From the IMG/VR virus record IMGVR_UViG_3300017766_000730, positions 1 to 36,092 of that record: DNA of 36,092 nt; one strand, written 5' to 3'. The DNA comes from a virus. Lineage: Duplodnaviria > Caudoviricetes. Every line of letters starts with the position of its first letter. Positions within the stretch are counted from its first letter, which is position 1. The position numbers were made by a program, and so were the translations under genes. Shown piece by piece: positions 1 through 7,577 of the stretch. The notes under the pieces were generated by a model. It was not told the origin of the DNA and did not search any database. It saw only the letters and a program-made list of their open reading frames with translations.

Positions 1-2
1 GC

Positions 3-365
3 ATAGAGACTCCTGACGGAGTTGCTGATTCTGTATTTAAAGATTTTAAAAAGTTAAGGGAAAAGCATAAAGCACCTATTACCGAAACTGCTCTTAAAGG
101 TTTAAAGCGTGAGGCAGAAACAGCTAAATTAAGTTTAGAAGAAGTAATGGTTATGTGCTGTGAAAGGGGTTGGCGAGGTTTCAAGGCCGAATGGGTAACA
201 GTAGAAGCCGAAAAAGCTAAAGAGTTGCCTTTAGGTACAGACCAACAGATTGCGGCGGCTTATGCGGCGGAATGTGGTGACCCTGCTAAATCACGGTTTA
301 ATTCTTATTACGAAATGAGGAATTTCATTGTTGCCCAACGAGAAAAACGAAAACTGGCGGCATAG
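3..365 (+). CDS. C-terminal part of phage replication initiator (continues 35682-36092 across the end join)
   Basis: Frame open from base 3 (IETPDGVADSVFKDFKKLREKHKAPITETALKGLKREAE...MCCERGWRGFKAEW), typical of O-like/DUF1376 initiator C-termini. The ATG at 147 is internal. Confidence 0.75.
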   Translation: METPDGVADSVFKDFKKLREKHKAPITETALKGLKREAETAKLSLEEVMVMCCERGWRGFKAEWVTVEAEKAKELPLGTDQQIAAAYAAECGDPAKSRFNSYYEMRNFIVAQREKRKLAA

Positions 366-552
366 CGAGGAATTTCGCCACCAATGCGAGATTCGTTTCG
401 TATTAAAAGCGAGGCAAGAGCAGGGTTTGCAAAATTTTAGGTTGTGGGTAACAGAAACAGGTCTTTACAAAAGATGGCATTTGATTCATAAAGATTTTAA
501 TGACCAATGGCGTAAAGGTAATCGGGGAAAACTAGGAGATTGGAAAAAGTGA
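328..552 (+). CDS. Hypothetical phage protein
   Basis: ORF track; SEEFRHQCEIRFVL motif; stop overlaps next ATG (TGATG). Start uncertain. Confidence 0.6.
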   Translation: MLPNEKNENWRHSEEFRHQCEIRFVLKARQEQGLQNFRLWVTETGLYKRWHLIHKDFNDQWRKGNRGKLGDWKK

Positions 553-884
553 TGAATTTAGAGCAATTAAACGAAAACAGGGTTGAAGAAGCATTAATTA
601 AACTGGCTGGCACAGATGAAAGCCATGCTTTGTGGGCTGGTCAGGTTAAATACGCAGAGGAGGGTTTAAAACAAGCCAAGAGCCATGCGTTTTTACTTGC
701 CGAAGGGACGGTAGCCGAAAGGGAGGCGAAGGCTCTATCAAGCGAAAATTACGAAAAGGCAGTCGAAAAATATGCCGATGCGTTTAAAAAATTTAAAACA
801 TTAGACAATCAGCGTAACCATGAAATTCGTATTATTGACATTTGGCGCACATTGTCCAGCAATCGTAGACAAGGGAATATGTAA
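552..884 (+). CDS. Hypothetical helical phage protein
   Basis: ATG at 552 coupled to upstream TGA; helical segments GTVAEREAKAL and IDIWRT. Confidence 0.7.
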   Translation: MNLEQLNENRVEEALIKLAGTDESHALWAGQVKYAEEGLKQAKSHAFLLAEGTVAEREAKALSSENYEKAVEKYADAFKKFKTLDNQRNHEIRIIDIWRTLSSNRRQGNM

Positions 885-1405
885 TGAATATTAAAGAAAT
901 CGATTACATTCCTGATGCGGTGCAACAAAAATTTATTGATTACCTTTTGGGGCAAGATTTTCCATGGTATTTCGAGCCTAAAAATTCAATTATTAAAACT
1001 GATTTTTTCTTTCATTCTTTTATGAACAGGTCGGAGGAAAACATTAGGAAAGAAGGAAAAATAAATTCTAGCCTGTATGAAGATGCTAAAAACATATTTT
1101 TAGAAGTCTGCAAACAAGGAAATTTAGAAGTAAAAACAATTTTTAGGGCTTGCGTAAATTCTACTTATTATTTTCCTGAAAACCATACAGGAATACATAA
1201 AGACCATAATTTCTCCCATAAAAATTTTATTTTGCATTTAACGGAAACAAATGCACCTACTTATATTTACGATGATTTAAACGATGTAATTGCAATCTCT
1301 AACCCAAAAAAATACAGAGCTGTTACTTTCGATGGTTTAAAACACTCACAAGGTAGCCCTGTGGGTGGAGAAAGAAGGGTTGTTTTAGTTTTTACTTATG
1401 AATAA
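884..1405 (+). CDS. 2OG-Fe(II) oxygenase superfamily protein
   Basis: HxD (IHKDH), distal His (LKHSQ) and C-terminal RRVVLVFTY; FPWYF N-terminal motif typical of phage oxygenases. Confidence 0.7.
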   Translation: MNIKEIDYIPDAVQQKFIDYLLGQDFPWYFEPKNSIIKTDFFFHSFMNRSEENIRKEGKINSSLYEDAKNIFLEVCKQGNLEVKTIFRACVNSTYYFPENHTGIHKDHNFSHKNFILHLTETNAPTYIYDDLNDVIAISNPKKYRAVTFDGLKHSQGSPVGGERRVVLVFTYE

Positions 1406-1414
1406 GGATAAAAA

Positions 1415-1579
1415 ATGAAAGATTTTAGCTTGCCGTACATTACAGCGAAACGACTTTTAGATGATTATTACCAAGCCATGATTGCGCAAAATAAGCCAGC
1501 CGCTTATGAAATTGCCAACAATTTGGTAGAAATGGCACTTAAATTGGAGGATATAGCGCATGACGCTAATGCGAAATAG
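1415..1579 (+). CDS. Hypothetical 54-aa protein (not in ORF track)
   Basis: MKDFSLPYITAKRLLDDYYQAMIAQNKPAAYEIANNLVEMALKLEDIAHDANAK; AAGGA upstream; fills the intergenic gap. Confidence 0.7.
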   Translation: MKDFSLPYITAKRLLDDYYQAMIAQNKPAAYEIANNLVEMALKLEDIAHDANAK

Positions 1580-1928
1580 ATACGCAACGCATACAGATTA
1601 TGCGGATTTTAAAGGGTTAATAGAGGAAAATCCGCATTTCGTACCGAGCAATGTAGACGGTATATGCGAAAGAAAAGGTCGTTTTTTTGTAATGGAATGG
1701 AAAAGACCAAACGAATCTGTAAGCAAAGGGCAGGAATATTTAATTAAAGCATTAGCGAAACAGGCTAATTTTATTGTTGTTATTATTTATGGCGATACGG
1801 ATAATGGCACAAACATTGATAAATATTACCTAGTAAATCAGGATGGTTCTTGCACTTTAGCTGGTAAAGGTTTTGAATCCTTTAAACAATATTACAAACA
1901 ATGGTACGAATGGGCTGATGGTTACTAA
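1560..1928 (+). CDS. Putative PD-(D/E)XK-fold nuclease
   Basis: NVDGI...VMEWK...SKGQ pattern (D...ExK...Q); GGAGG RBS upstream. Confidence 0.55.
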   Translation: MTLMRNRYATHTDYADFKGLIEENPHFVPSNVDGICERKGRFFVMEWKRPNESVSKGQEYLIKALAKQANFIVVIIYGDTDNGTNIDKYYLVNQDGSCTLAGKGFESFKQYYKQWYEWADGY

Positions 1929-2208
1929 AACAGAAAGAGAGCAATATGCAAAGCTGGCGAGATATGGCTGTATTCTATGCCGACAGCATGGCATTAGAAC
2001 AGATGATTCCCCAACAGAAATCCACCACATACGCAGATTTGGCAACACTAGAGCCAAATCACCCTGCATTCCGTTATGCGCATACCACCATAGACTTGGT
2101 GATTCCGCAGTTCATACACTTGGAAAGAAGGCATTTGCTCGCTATTGGGGGTTCTCCGAAGAGGATTTGCTCGAAAAATTAAATGACTTATTACAAGAAA
2201 AGAGTTGA
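1918..2208 (+). CDS. Ref/DUF968-like HNH zinc-binding nuclease
   Basis: GCILC...EIHHIR...IPLCAYHHR motif; ATG at 1918 overlaps upstream gene end. Confidence 0.75.
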   Translation: MVTKTEREQYAKLARYGCILCRQHGIRTDDSPTEIHHIRRFGNTRAKSPCIPLCAYHHRLGDSAVHTLGKKAFARYWGFSEEDLLEKLNDLLQEKS

Positions 2209-2470
2209 CGAGAACCAAAAACAGCTCGTACACACCTTCGTTGCGTTGGGTGCTAGCGTCCTTAATCTTTCGACTGTTGGGCGTGGTTGCCCTGATTTAC
2301 TTATTGGTTACAGGGGTAAATCCGTTTTGGTAGAAATAAAAAGAGACTCTAAAGCCACTTTTACAGAGCCTCAAATTAAATTTATGCAGGAATGGAGAGG
2401 CGGCGCAGTAAGCAGGATAGATTCTGTAGACGCCGCTATTCGCTTAATTAAAATGCTTGACATAGAGTAA
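2183..2470 (+). CDS. VRR-NUC-like PD-(D/E)XK nuclease / resolvase
   Basis: GCPDLLIG...LVEIK...TEPQIKF motif. Confidence 0.75.
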   Translation: MTYYKKRVDENQKQLVHTFVALGASVLNLSTVGRGCPDLLIGYRGKSVLVEIKRDSKATFTEPQIKFMQEWRGGAVSRIDSVDAAIRLIKMLDIE

Positions 2471-2484
2471 GATATGCCTAAAAT
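2457..2484 (+). promoter_or_regulatory. Sigma70-like promoter, probable late-operon start
   Basis: TTGACA (2457-2462), 16 bp spacer, TAAAAT (2479-2484). Confidence 0.55.
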
Positions 2485-2529
2485 AAAACCACTGCATTTT
2501 GCAGACTTTTTAGCTAAAAGGAAAAAATT

Positions 2530-2730
2530 ATGACATACGGTACTAAAGGCGCAAAAATTCCAGCCGCAACATCTTCTGATAAATCAGGTGAGCGCATGGA
2601 AAAAATTAAAGGCGGCGTAGCAATGGGCAAAGAAGATGCCACAGGCGCAGACAAATTGTTTAACACAGGTCGTACTGCTGGTGTTTGCTATACGCATGAC
2701 CGTAAGTGCTATTCTGACGATAAGTGCTAA
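2530..2730 (+). CDS. Hypothetical small protein
   Basis: ORF track; AAGGA RBS; K/G/A/T-rich with C-terminal Cys residues. Confidence 0.7.
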   Translation: MTYGTKGAKIPAATSSDKSGERMEKIKGGVAMGKEDATGADKLFNTGRTAGVCYTHDRKCYSDDKC

Positions 2731-2741
2731 AACAATAAAGC

Positions 2742-2806
2742 GAAAGCCCTAGAGGTGAAGGAACTCTAAGGCTTTCTAACCAAATAGTAATCGGAGAACT
2801 AAATGG
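2742..2806 (+). promoter_or_regulatory. Two tandem RNA hairpins, the second covering the RBS/ATG of the 2803 ORF
   Basis: GAAAGCC-C-TAGAG...CTCTA-A-GGCTTTC (2742-2776) and CCA-AA-TAGT...ACTA-AA-TGG (2780-2806). Confidence 0.45.
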
Positions 2807-3039
2807 CTGTAGTAGAAGATAAAGAAAGTTGTAATTCTTGTCTATTTTTTATTGAAGGCGAGCGCATGGGAATCTGTAAGCGATTCCCTTCTGCCGTTAA
2901 TAAACCTAAAGATGATTGGTGCGGAGAGTATTCGCTTTCTGAAAAAAGCCTGTCTTTAGAGGCATTGGTGCAAGCCATGACTGAGCCAGTTCTTATTTCC
3001 GAGCCTAAAAAGCAAAGAGGTAGACCAAAAAAATCATGA
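2803..3039 (+). CDS. Hypothetical Cys-rich (metal-binding) protein
   Basis: CNSC...GICKRFP...DWCGEY; basic KQRGRPKK tail. Confidence 0.7.
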   Translation: MAVVEDKESCNSCLFFIEGERMGICKRFPSAVNKPKDDWCGEYSLSEKSLSLEALVQAMTEPVLISEPKKQRGRPKKS

Positions 3040-3347
3040 AATTAAAACCAATGGCAGACAAAATCGTTGTTAAGCCTGATGTGCGAGTGCTTTCCAGCGT
3101 AATCATCGTAGATAACAAAGAAGTAGAAAACATGGGAACTGTCGTGGCTGTAGGCGCAGGCAAAAAACTTCCCAATGGTCGCAGAGAGGATATGCCTGTA
3201 GAAGTTGGGGCTAGAGTCCGTTTCGGCACTATGAATGATGACAGAGGCGAAGAATATCTTAAATATTTTAAATATGAAGAAGATGGCGTGAAATATTTAG
3301 TTATGTCTTGGCAAGATGTTTGTTTCGTGGAGGCTGAAAATGCTTAA
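3036..3347 (+). CDS. groES: Phage-encoded co-chaperonin GroES (Cpn10)
   Basis: MKLKPMADKIVVK...GTVVAVGAGK...VEVGARVRFG...YLVMSWQDV matches the Cpn10 pattern. Confidence 0.9.
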   Translation: MKLKPMADKIVVKPDVRVLSSVIIVDNKEVENMGTVVAVGAGKKLPNGRREDMPVEVGARVRFGTMNDDRGEEYLKYFKYEEDGVKYLVMSWQDVCFVEAENA

Positions 3348-3648
3348 AAAATTAGCACAATGGTTTAAAGGCATATTTTCTTATCCGCCTGAGCTTAAAG
3401 AAATGCAACAAAAAGCATTAGAAACCAATCGTATTTACCATTCGGCCTTGGAAAAGGCAAAACCAAAGGAAAAACAAGTGGCGACTAAACCTGGACTCTA
3501 TGCCAATATCCATAAAAAGCAGGAAAGAATCGAAAAACAAAAAGCATCAGGCGGCAAAGTAGAAACTATGCGTAAACCTGGAACAAAGAATGCGCCGACT
3601 GCTAAAGCGTTCAAAGAGTCAGCAAAAACAGCAAAGGCAAAGAAATGA
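3340..3648 (+). CDS. Hypothetical basic protein
   Basis: ATG 3340 after GGAGG; Lys-rich C-terminal half (KPGLYANIHKKQERI...AFKESAKTAKAKK). Confidence 0.7.
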   Translation: MLKKLAQWFKGIFSYPPELKEMQQKALETNRIYHSALEKAKPKEKQVATKPGLYANIHKKQERIEKQKASGGKVETMRKPGTKNAPTAKAFKESAKTAKAKK

Positions 3649-3812
3649 TTAAATTAGACTTAACAATAGAAGAAATAAATTACATACTTTTTTCTGTGGG
3701 CAAAAACCCATACTCGGAATGTGCGCAATTGGTTTCTAAAATTCACATGCAAGCACAGCCGCAAATTCCTGTAAAAACAGAGGAAGTCGATGAAAACCAA
3801 GCAGAAACTTGA
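3645..3812 (+). CDS. Hypothetical 55-aa protein (not in ORF track)
   Basis: MIKLDLTIEEINYILFSVGKNPYSECAQLVSKIHMQAQPQ...; ATGA overlap with upstream stop. Confidence 0.75.
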   Translation: MIKLDLTIEEINYILFSVGKNPYSECAQLVSKIHMQAQPQIPVKTEEVDENQAET

Positions 3813-4398
3813 ATACAAAAAGGTTGACAGCCTTATTCCCTACATAAATAACAGTAGGAAACACTCCGACGACCAAGTAAGTCAATTGGCGGCGAGTATT
3901 AAAGAATTCGGCTTTCGCAATCCTATACTCGTAGATGGTAACGGCATTATCGCTGGTCATGGTCGTTTAATGGCGGCTAAAAAACTAGGTTTAGATGAAG
4001 TGCCTACGCTGGATTGCTCTGATATGACAGAAGCGCAAAAGAAAGCATATGTAATTGCCGATAACAAATTAGCTTTAAACGCTGATTGGGATTACGACTT
4101 ATTAAAAATTGAAATAGATGACCTTTTAGAAAAAGGGTTTGAAGTCGATATTTTGGGCTTCCATGCTTCAGAGTTAAGTGGCGGAGAAGTGGATTACAGC
4201 GTGTTAGACGATGCGCCTGACAGCATTAATGACCAATTAGATGACCTAGAAGCAGGAATACGCAAAGCGATACAAATAGAATTTGAACCTGACCATTACC
4301 AAGAAGCAGTAGAACTTACTGGTTTTTGGCGTAAAGAAGGCGCATACATTGGTTATATGCTTTTAGAACTATTGCGTAAAGAAAAAGCAAAACTGTGA
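3790..4398 (+). CDS. ParB/Srx N-terminal domain protein
   Basis: LIPYINNSRKH...SIKEFGFRNPIL...IIAGHGRLMAA...YVIADNKL..WD; no fused methyltransferase domain. Confidence 0.9.
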   Translation: MKTKQKLEYKKVDSLIPYINNSRKHSDDQVSQLAASIKEFGFRNPILVDGNGIIAGHGRLMAAKKLGLDEVPTLDCSDMTEAQKKAYVIADNKLALNADWDYDLLKIEIDDLLEKGFEVDILGFHASELSGGEVDYSVLDDAPDSINDQLDDLEAGIRKAIQIEFEPDHYQEAVELTGFWRKEGAYIGYMLLELLRKEKAKL

Positions 4399-5108
4399 AA
4401 ATCTTTTTAATGTATTACGATAGGTTTAAAGAGGCAACGACTTCTTTAGAGCTGGGTAAATATAAAGAGAAGCATATTGTTTTATGCCATAACAACGCAG
4501 ATAAATTTACTTGCGTATCGGAATATGGGCAGTTAATAGAAACAGGCAAGCCCAAAGGCATACAAAACAATTTTAATTATGCGTTAGATTCTATAAAAGA
4601 CGGCGAATGGGCTATTTTTATGAGTGATGATTACATTTGCTCTAAAAAATACGAAAACGGCGATTTTGTAGCAACAGATATATCTTTCGTATTAAATGAA
4701 CTTAGAAAGACTATAGCGTTGGCTGATAAAGCTGGCGTAAAGCTGGTTGGGCTTAACTCTACAGGCAATGCGCTGTATGCCAAAAACAAATATGGCAAAT
4801 TTGGATTGGTAGACGGCAGAACATACGCCATTAAGAAAACAAACTTTAAATTCCATCCTGATATTTGTACAGCAACCGATTACTATGCGACTGTGTACCA
4901 TTTGAAGAAATATGGCGGGAATTTGGTTAATAACCATGTTTTTATGGAATACAAACGCTATTCTGAAAAAGGCATAGGAACAGTAGAGCAAAGAGCCGAG
5001 CAGAAAATCAAAGATGTTAAGTTGCTTAAACAGCTATATCCTGACAATATTCAAATTAAAGCCAAAGCTGGGCAACCAGCAAATAGCCATTGCGTAATTA
5101 AAAGATGA
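4395..5108 (+). CDS. GT-A fold glycosyltransferase, TET-associated (TAGT/GREB1-like)
   Basis: GTG start overlapping parB stop; KGIQNNFNYAL...WAIFMSDD (acidic metal motif after a hydrophobic strand); TDYYAT and GIGT...LKQLYP segments; sits directly before a TET/JBP gene. Confidence 0.7.
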   Translation: MKIFLMYYDRFKEATTSLELGKYKEKHIVLCHNNADKFTCVSEYGQLIETGKPKGIQNNFNYALDSIKDGEWAIFMSDDYICSKKYENGDFVATDISFVLNELRKTIALADKAGVKLVGLNSTGNALYAKNKYGKFGLVDGRTYAIKKTNFKFHPDICTATDYYATVYHLKKYGGNLVNNHVFMEYKRYSEKGIGTVEQRAEQKIKDVKLLKQLYPDNIQIKAKAGQPANSHCVIKR

Positions 5109-5914
5109 ATTATTTAGAGCTAACAAAAGTCCCGAACACCGTAAAGGTCGGCGATGTATGCGAGGAAATTCCTCCAAACATTACGGAAAGCACTATTTTT
5201 ACTATAGACGGTGAGCCTATCGGTTTCTATTTAAAAAAGATTCCTGAAAAGCTAGAAAAGCTGGTTAATGTAGCAAACGCTGAATTCCTCACAGACAGAG
5301 TGCCAAAAGAAACCATGAATCGTGGTCCTGTAGGCTCTAATAAATGGAAAGAAGAACAGGCAAAGAATGGGATTAAGGCTGTACAGCAATACAGTACTAT
5401 CCTCGGCAGTTGCGCTCCAAAGCCGCATATGCGTTTGCCGTATCCTAGAATGGCTATGGTTCACCAAGTAGATAGTGCTAAAACATTCGTAAAAGCCATG
5501 CTCTTAGCGGTAGCAGAGGCAGAGAAAGTAATACAGGAAATAACACCGAGCCTATACGAGAAGCAATTACAGATAGTGAATGAAAAAGTGCCTCCGAAAT
5601 GGAGATTCGGCAAATTATTCACCAGTAGCATTAGCAATTTCAATATTGCCGCTTCGTACCATCGTGATGCCGCCAATCTTGAAGGTTGTGCCAATGTCAT
5701 TATTACCAAGCGCAGTCATGCTAAAGGTGGCAATTTGACTGTACCTGATTACGGAGCAACAATGGATAGTGCGGATAACAGTATGCTGGTCTATCCTGCA
5801 TGGATGAACATACATGGTGTTACACCGATTGTCCCTTTAAAATCAGGAGGTTACAGAAACAGCTTGATTTTTTATCCACTAAAAGCATTTAATAATCATT
5901 GGGAAAAAGATTAA
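5105..5914 (+). CDS. TET/JBP-family 2OG-Fe(II) nucleobase dioxygenase
   Basis: FTSSISNFNIAASYHRD (HxD), GGNLTVPDY, IHGVTPI (distal His), YRNSLIFY (2OG-binding RxS). Signature of Tet_JBP (5-methylpyrimidine dioxygenases). Confidence 0.85.
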   Translation: MNYLELTKVPNTVKVGDVCEEIPPNITESTIFTIDGEPIGFYLKKIPEKLEKLVNVANAEFLTDRVPKETMNRGPVGSNKWKEEQAKNGIKAVQQYSTILGSCAPKPHMRLPYPRMAMVHQVDSAKTFVKAMLLAVAEAEKVIQEITPSLYEKQLQIVNEKVPPKWRFGKLFTSSISNFNIAASYHRDAANLEGCANVIITKRSHAKGGNLTVPDYGATMDSADNSMLVYPAWMNIHGVTPIVPLKSGGYRNSLIFYPLKAFNNHWEKD

Positions 5915-5937
5915 TCTCGTTCCGTTAATAAAAAGAT

Positions 5938-6282
5938 ATGCACGAACCACACGAACCAACAGAACAAACAAGACTGCAAGTACAAAGAGCCGCAGGGCTT
6001 GGGCTTCCGCATGAGCAGATAGGCGCATTAATTGGGGTTTGCGATAAGACTGTACGCAAGTATTACCAAACCGAGCTGGCTCTCGGCAAAGCTACAGCAT
6101 CGGCAAGCATAGCCAAAACGCTATACAACAAGGCTGTAGGTGGAGATACGACTGCCATGATTTGGTGGACTAAAGCCCAAATGAATTGGGGCGAAACCAT
6201 TAAACAGGAGCTTACAGGCAAAGATGGGGAAGAACTAAAAGGTCTAACCGTTACTTTTGTAAAGCCAAATGGAAATAATTGA
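5938..6282 (+). CDS. terS: Terminase small subunit
   Basis: HTH-like N-terminus, GDTTAMIWWTKAQMNW and KQELTGKDG motifs; directly before terL. Confidence 0.8.
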   Translation: MHEPHEPTEQTRLQVQRAAGLGLPHEQIGALIGVCDKTVRKYYQTELALGKATASASIAKTLYNKAVGGDTTAMIWWTKAQMNWGETIKQELTGKDGEELKGLTVTFVKPNGNN

Positions 6283-7546
6283 CGGCAACGGAAATGTTGA
6301 ATTTCCTGAAAAACTATCGGTATTGTTCGAACCTGAACATTGTCGGTATCGCATTATGTATGGTGGGCGTGGTGGTGCTAAGTCTTGGGGCATTGCTCGG
6401 GCTTTGCTTATTAAAGGCTCTAAAGCTCCTTTACGAGTGCTGTGTGCGAGGGAATTTCAAACTTCCATAGGGCAATCAGTCCATAAACTGCTAAGTGACC
6501 AAATTATCGCTATGGGCATGACCCATATATACGAGATTACCCAAAACGCAATTAAAGGCATAAACGGCACAGAATTCAGTTTTGCTGGCTTGCGGAATAA
6601 TATTTCCAACATCAAATCGTTTGAGGGTGTTGATATTTGTTGGGTAGAGGAAGCGAACACCGTATCTAAGATGAGTTGGGATACGCTTATTCCTACAATC
6701 CGTAAAGAACAGTCGGAAATATGGGTATCGTTTAACCCTGAATTAGAAACAGATGAAACATACCAGCGTTTCATCGCTAATCCGCCTGACGGAGCAATCG
6801 TTCAAAAAGTTAATTGGCAGGACAATCCTTGGTTTCCTGAAACGCTACGGCTAGAGAAGGATTCTTTATTTGCTAGGGATAGGGAAGCATATAACACCGT
6901 ATGGGAAGGAATGTGCCGCCAAACGGTAGACGGTGCTATTTTTGCTAAAGAAATGCAACAGGCTGATTTTGAGGGCAGGATTACGAAAGTGCCATACGAT
7001 GCCGCCAAGCCTGTTTTAGCTGTATTTGATATTGGCTGGTCAGATGCTACGGCTATTTGGTTCGTTCAATTTGTAGGCATGGAAACACGCTTAATCCGCT
7101 ATTACGAAACAAGTCAGACAACGATTAGTCAAATATTAGCCAAAATGCAAACATTCGGCTATGTGTATGAAACGCTGTATTTGCCGCATGATGCCCAAAA
7201 TAAAACTTTAGCCGCTAATGGTAGGAGTTTAGAGGACATTGTTAGAGCCGCAGGATACAATGTACGCATATTAGACCGAGTGCCTGTGGCAGACTCTATT
7301 AATGCCGCTAGAACTATATTCTCTAAGTGTTATTTTGATAGAACTAATTGCCATGAAGGTCTACAATGTTTACGGCATTACAGGTACGATGTAGACCCTG
7401 ATAGTGGGAATTTCAGTCGTAAGCCATTACATGACAATTATTCTCACGGTGCTGATGCTTTCCGTTACATTGGTTTAATGATTAATGAGCCGAAAAGAAC
7501 TAAAGCTAAAAAAATAAATTACCAAGTTTCTAGCTGGATGGCTTAA
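6269..7546 (+). CDS. terL: Terminase large subunit (PBSX-type)
   Basis: Walker A YGGRGGAKS, Walker B CWVEEA, FNP coupling motif, nuclease FDIGWSD and SHGADAFRY. Confidence 0.95.
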   Translation: MEIIDGNGNVEFPEKLSVLFEPEHCRYRIMYGGRGGAKSWGIARALLIKGSKAPLRVLCAREFQTSIGQSVHKLLSDQIIAMGMTHIYEITQNAIKGINGTEFSFAGLRNNISNIKSFEGVDICWVEEANTVSKMSWDTLIPTIRKEQSEIWVSFNPELETDETYQRFIANPPDGAIVQKVNWQDNPWFPETLRLEKDSLFARDREAYNTVWEGMCRQTVDGAIFAKEMQQADFEGRITKVPYDAAKPVLAVFDIGWSDATAIWFVQFVGMETRLIRYYETSQTTISQILAKMQTFGYVYETLYLPHDAQNKTLAANGRSLEDIVRAAGYNVRILDRVPVADSINAARTIFSKCYFDRTNCHEGLQCLRHYRYDVDPDSGNFSRKPLHDNYSHGADAFRYIGLMINEPKRTKAKKINYQVSSWMA

Positions 7547-7577
7547 ACTATTAAAAATTATGTTATAAGGATTACCC

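Noticed and set aside
3790-4398. ParB protein as evidence of a plasmid-prophage partition system
   Set aside because: No ParA or parS-like array. ParB/Srx genes before terminase are typical of phage DNA-modification and packaging loci.
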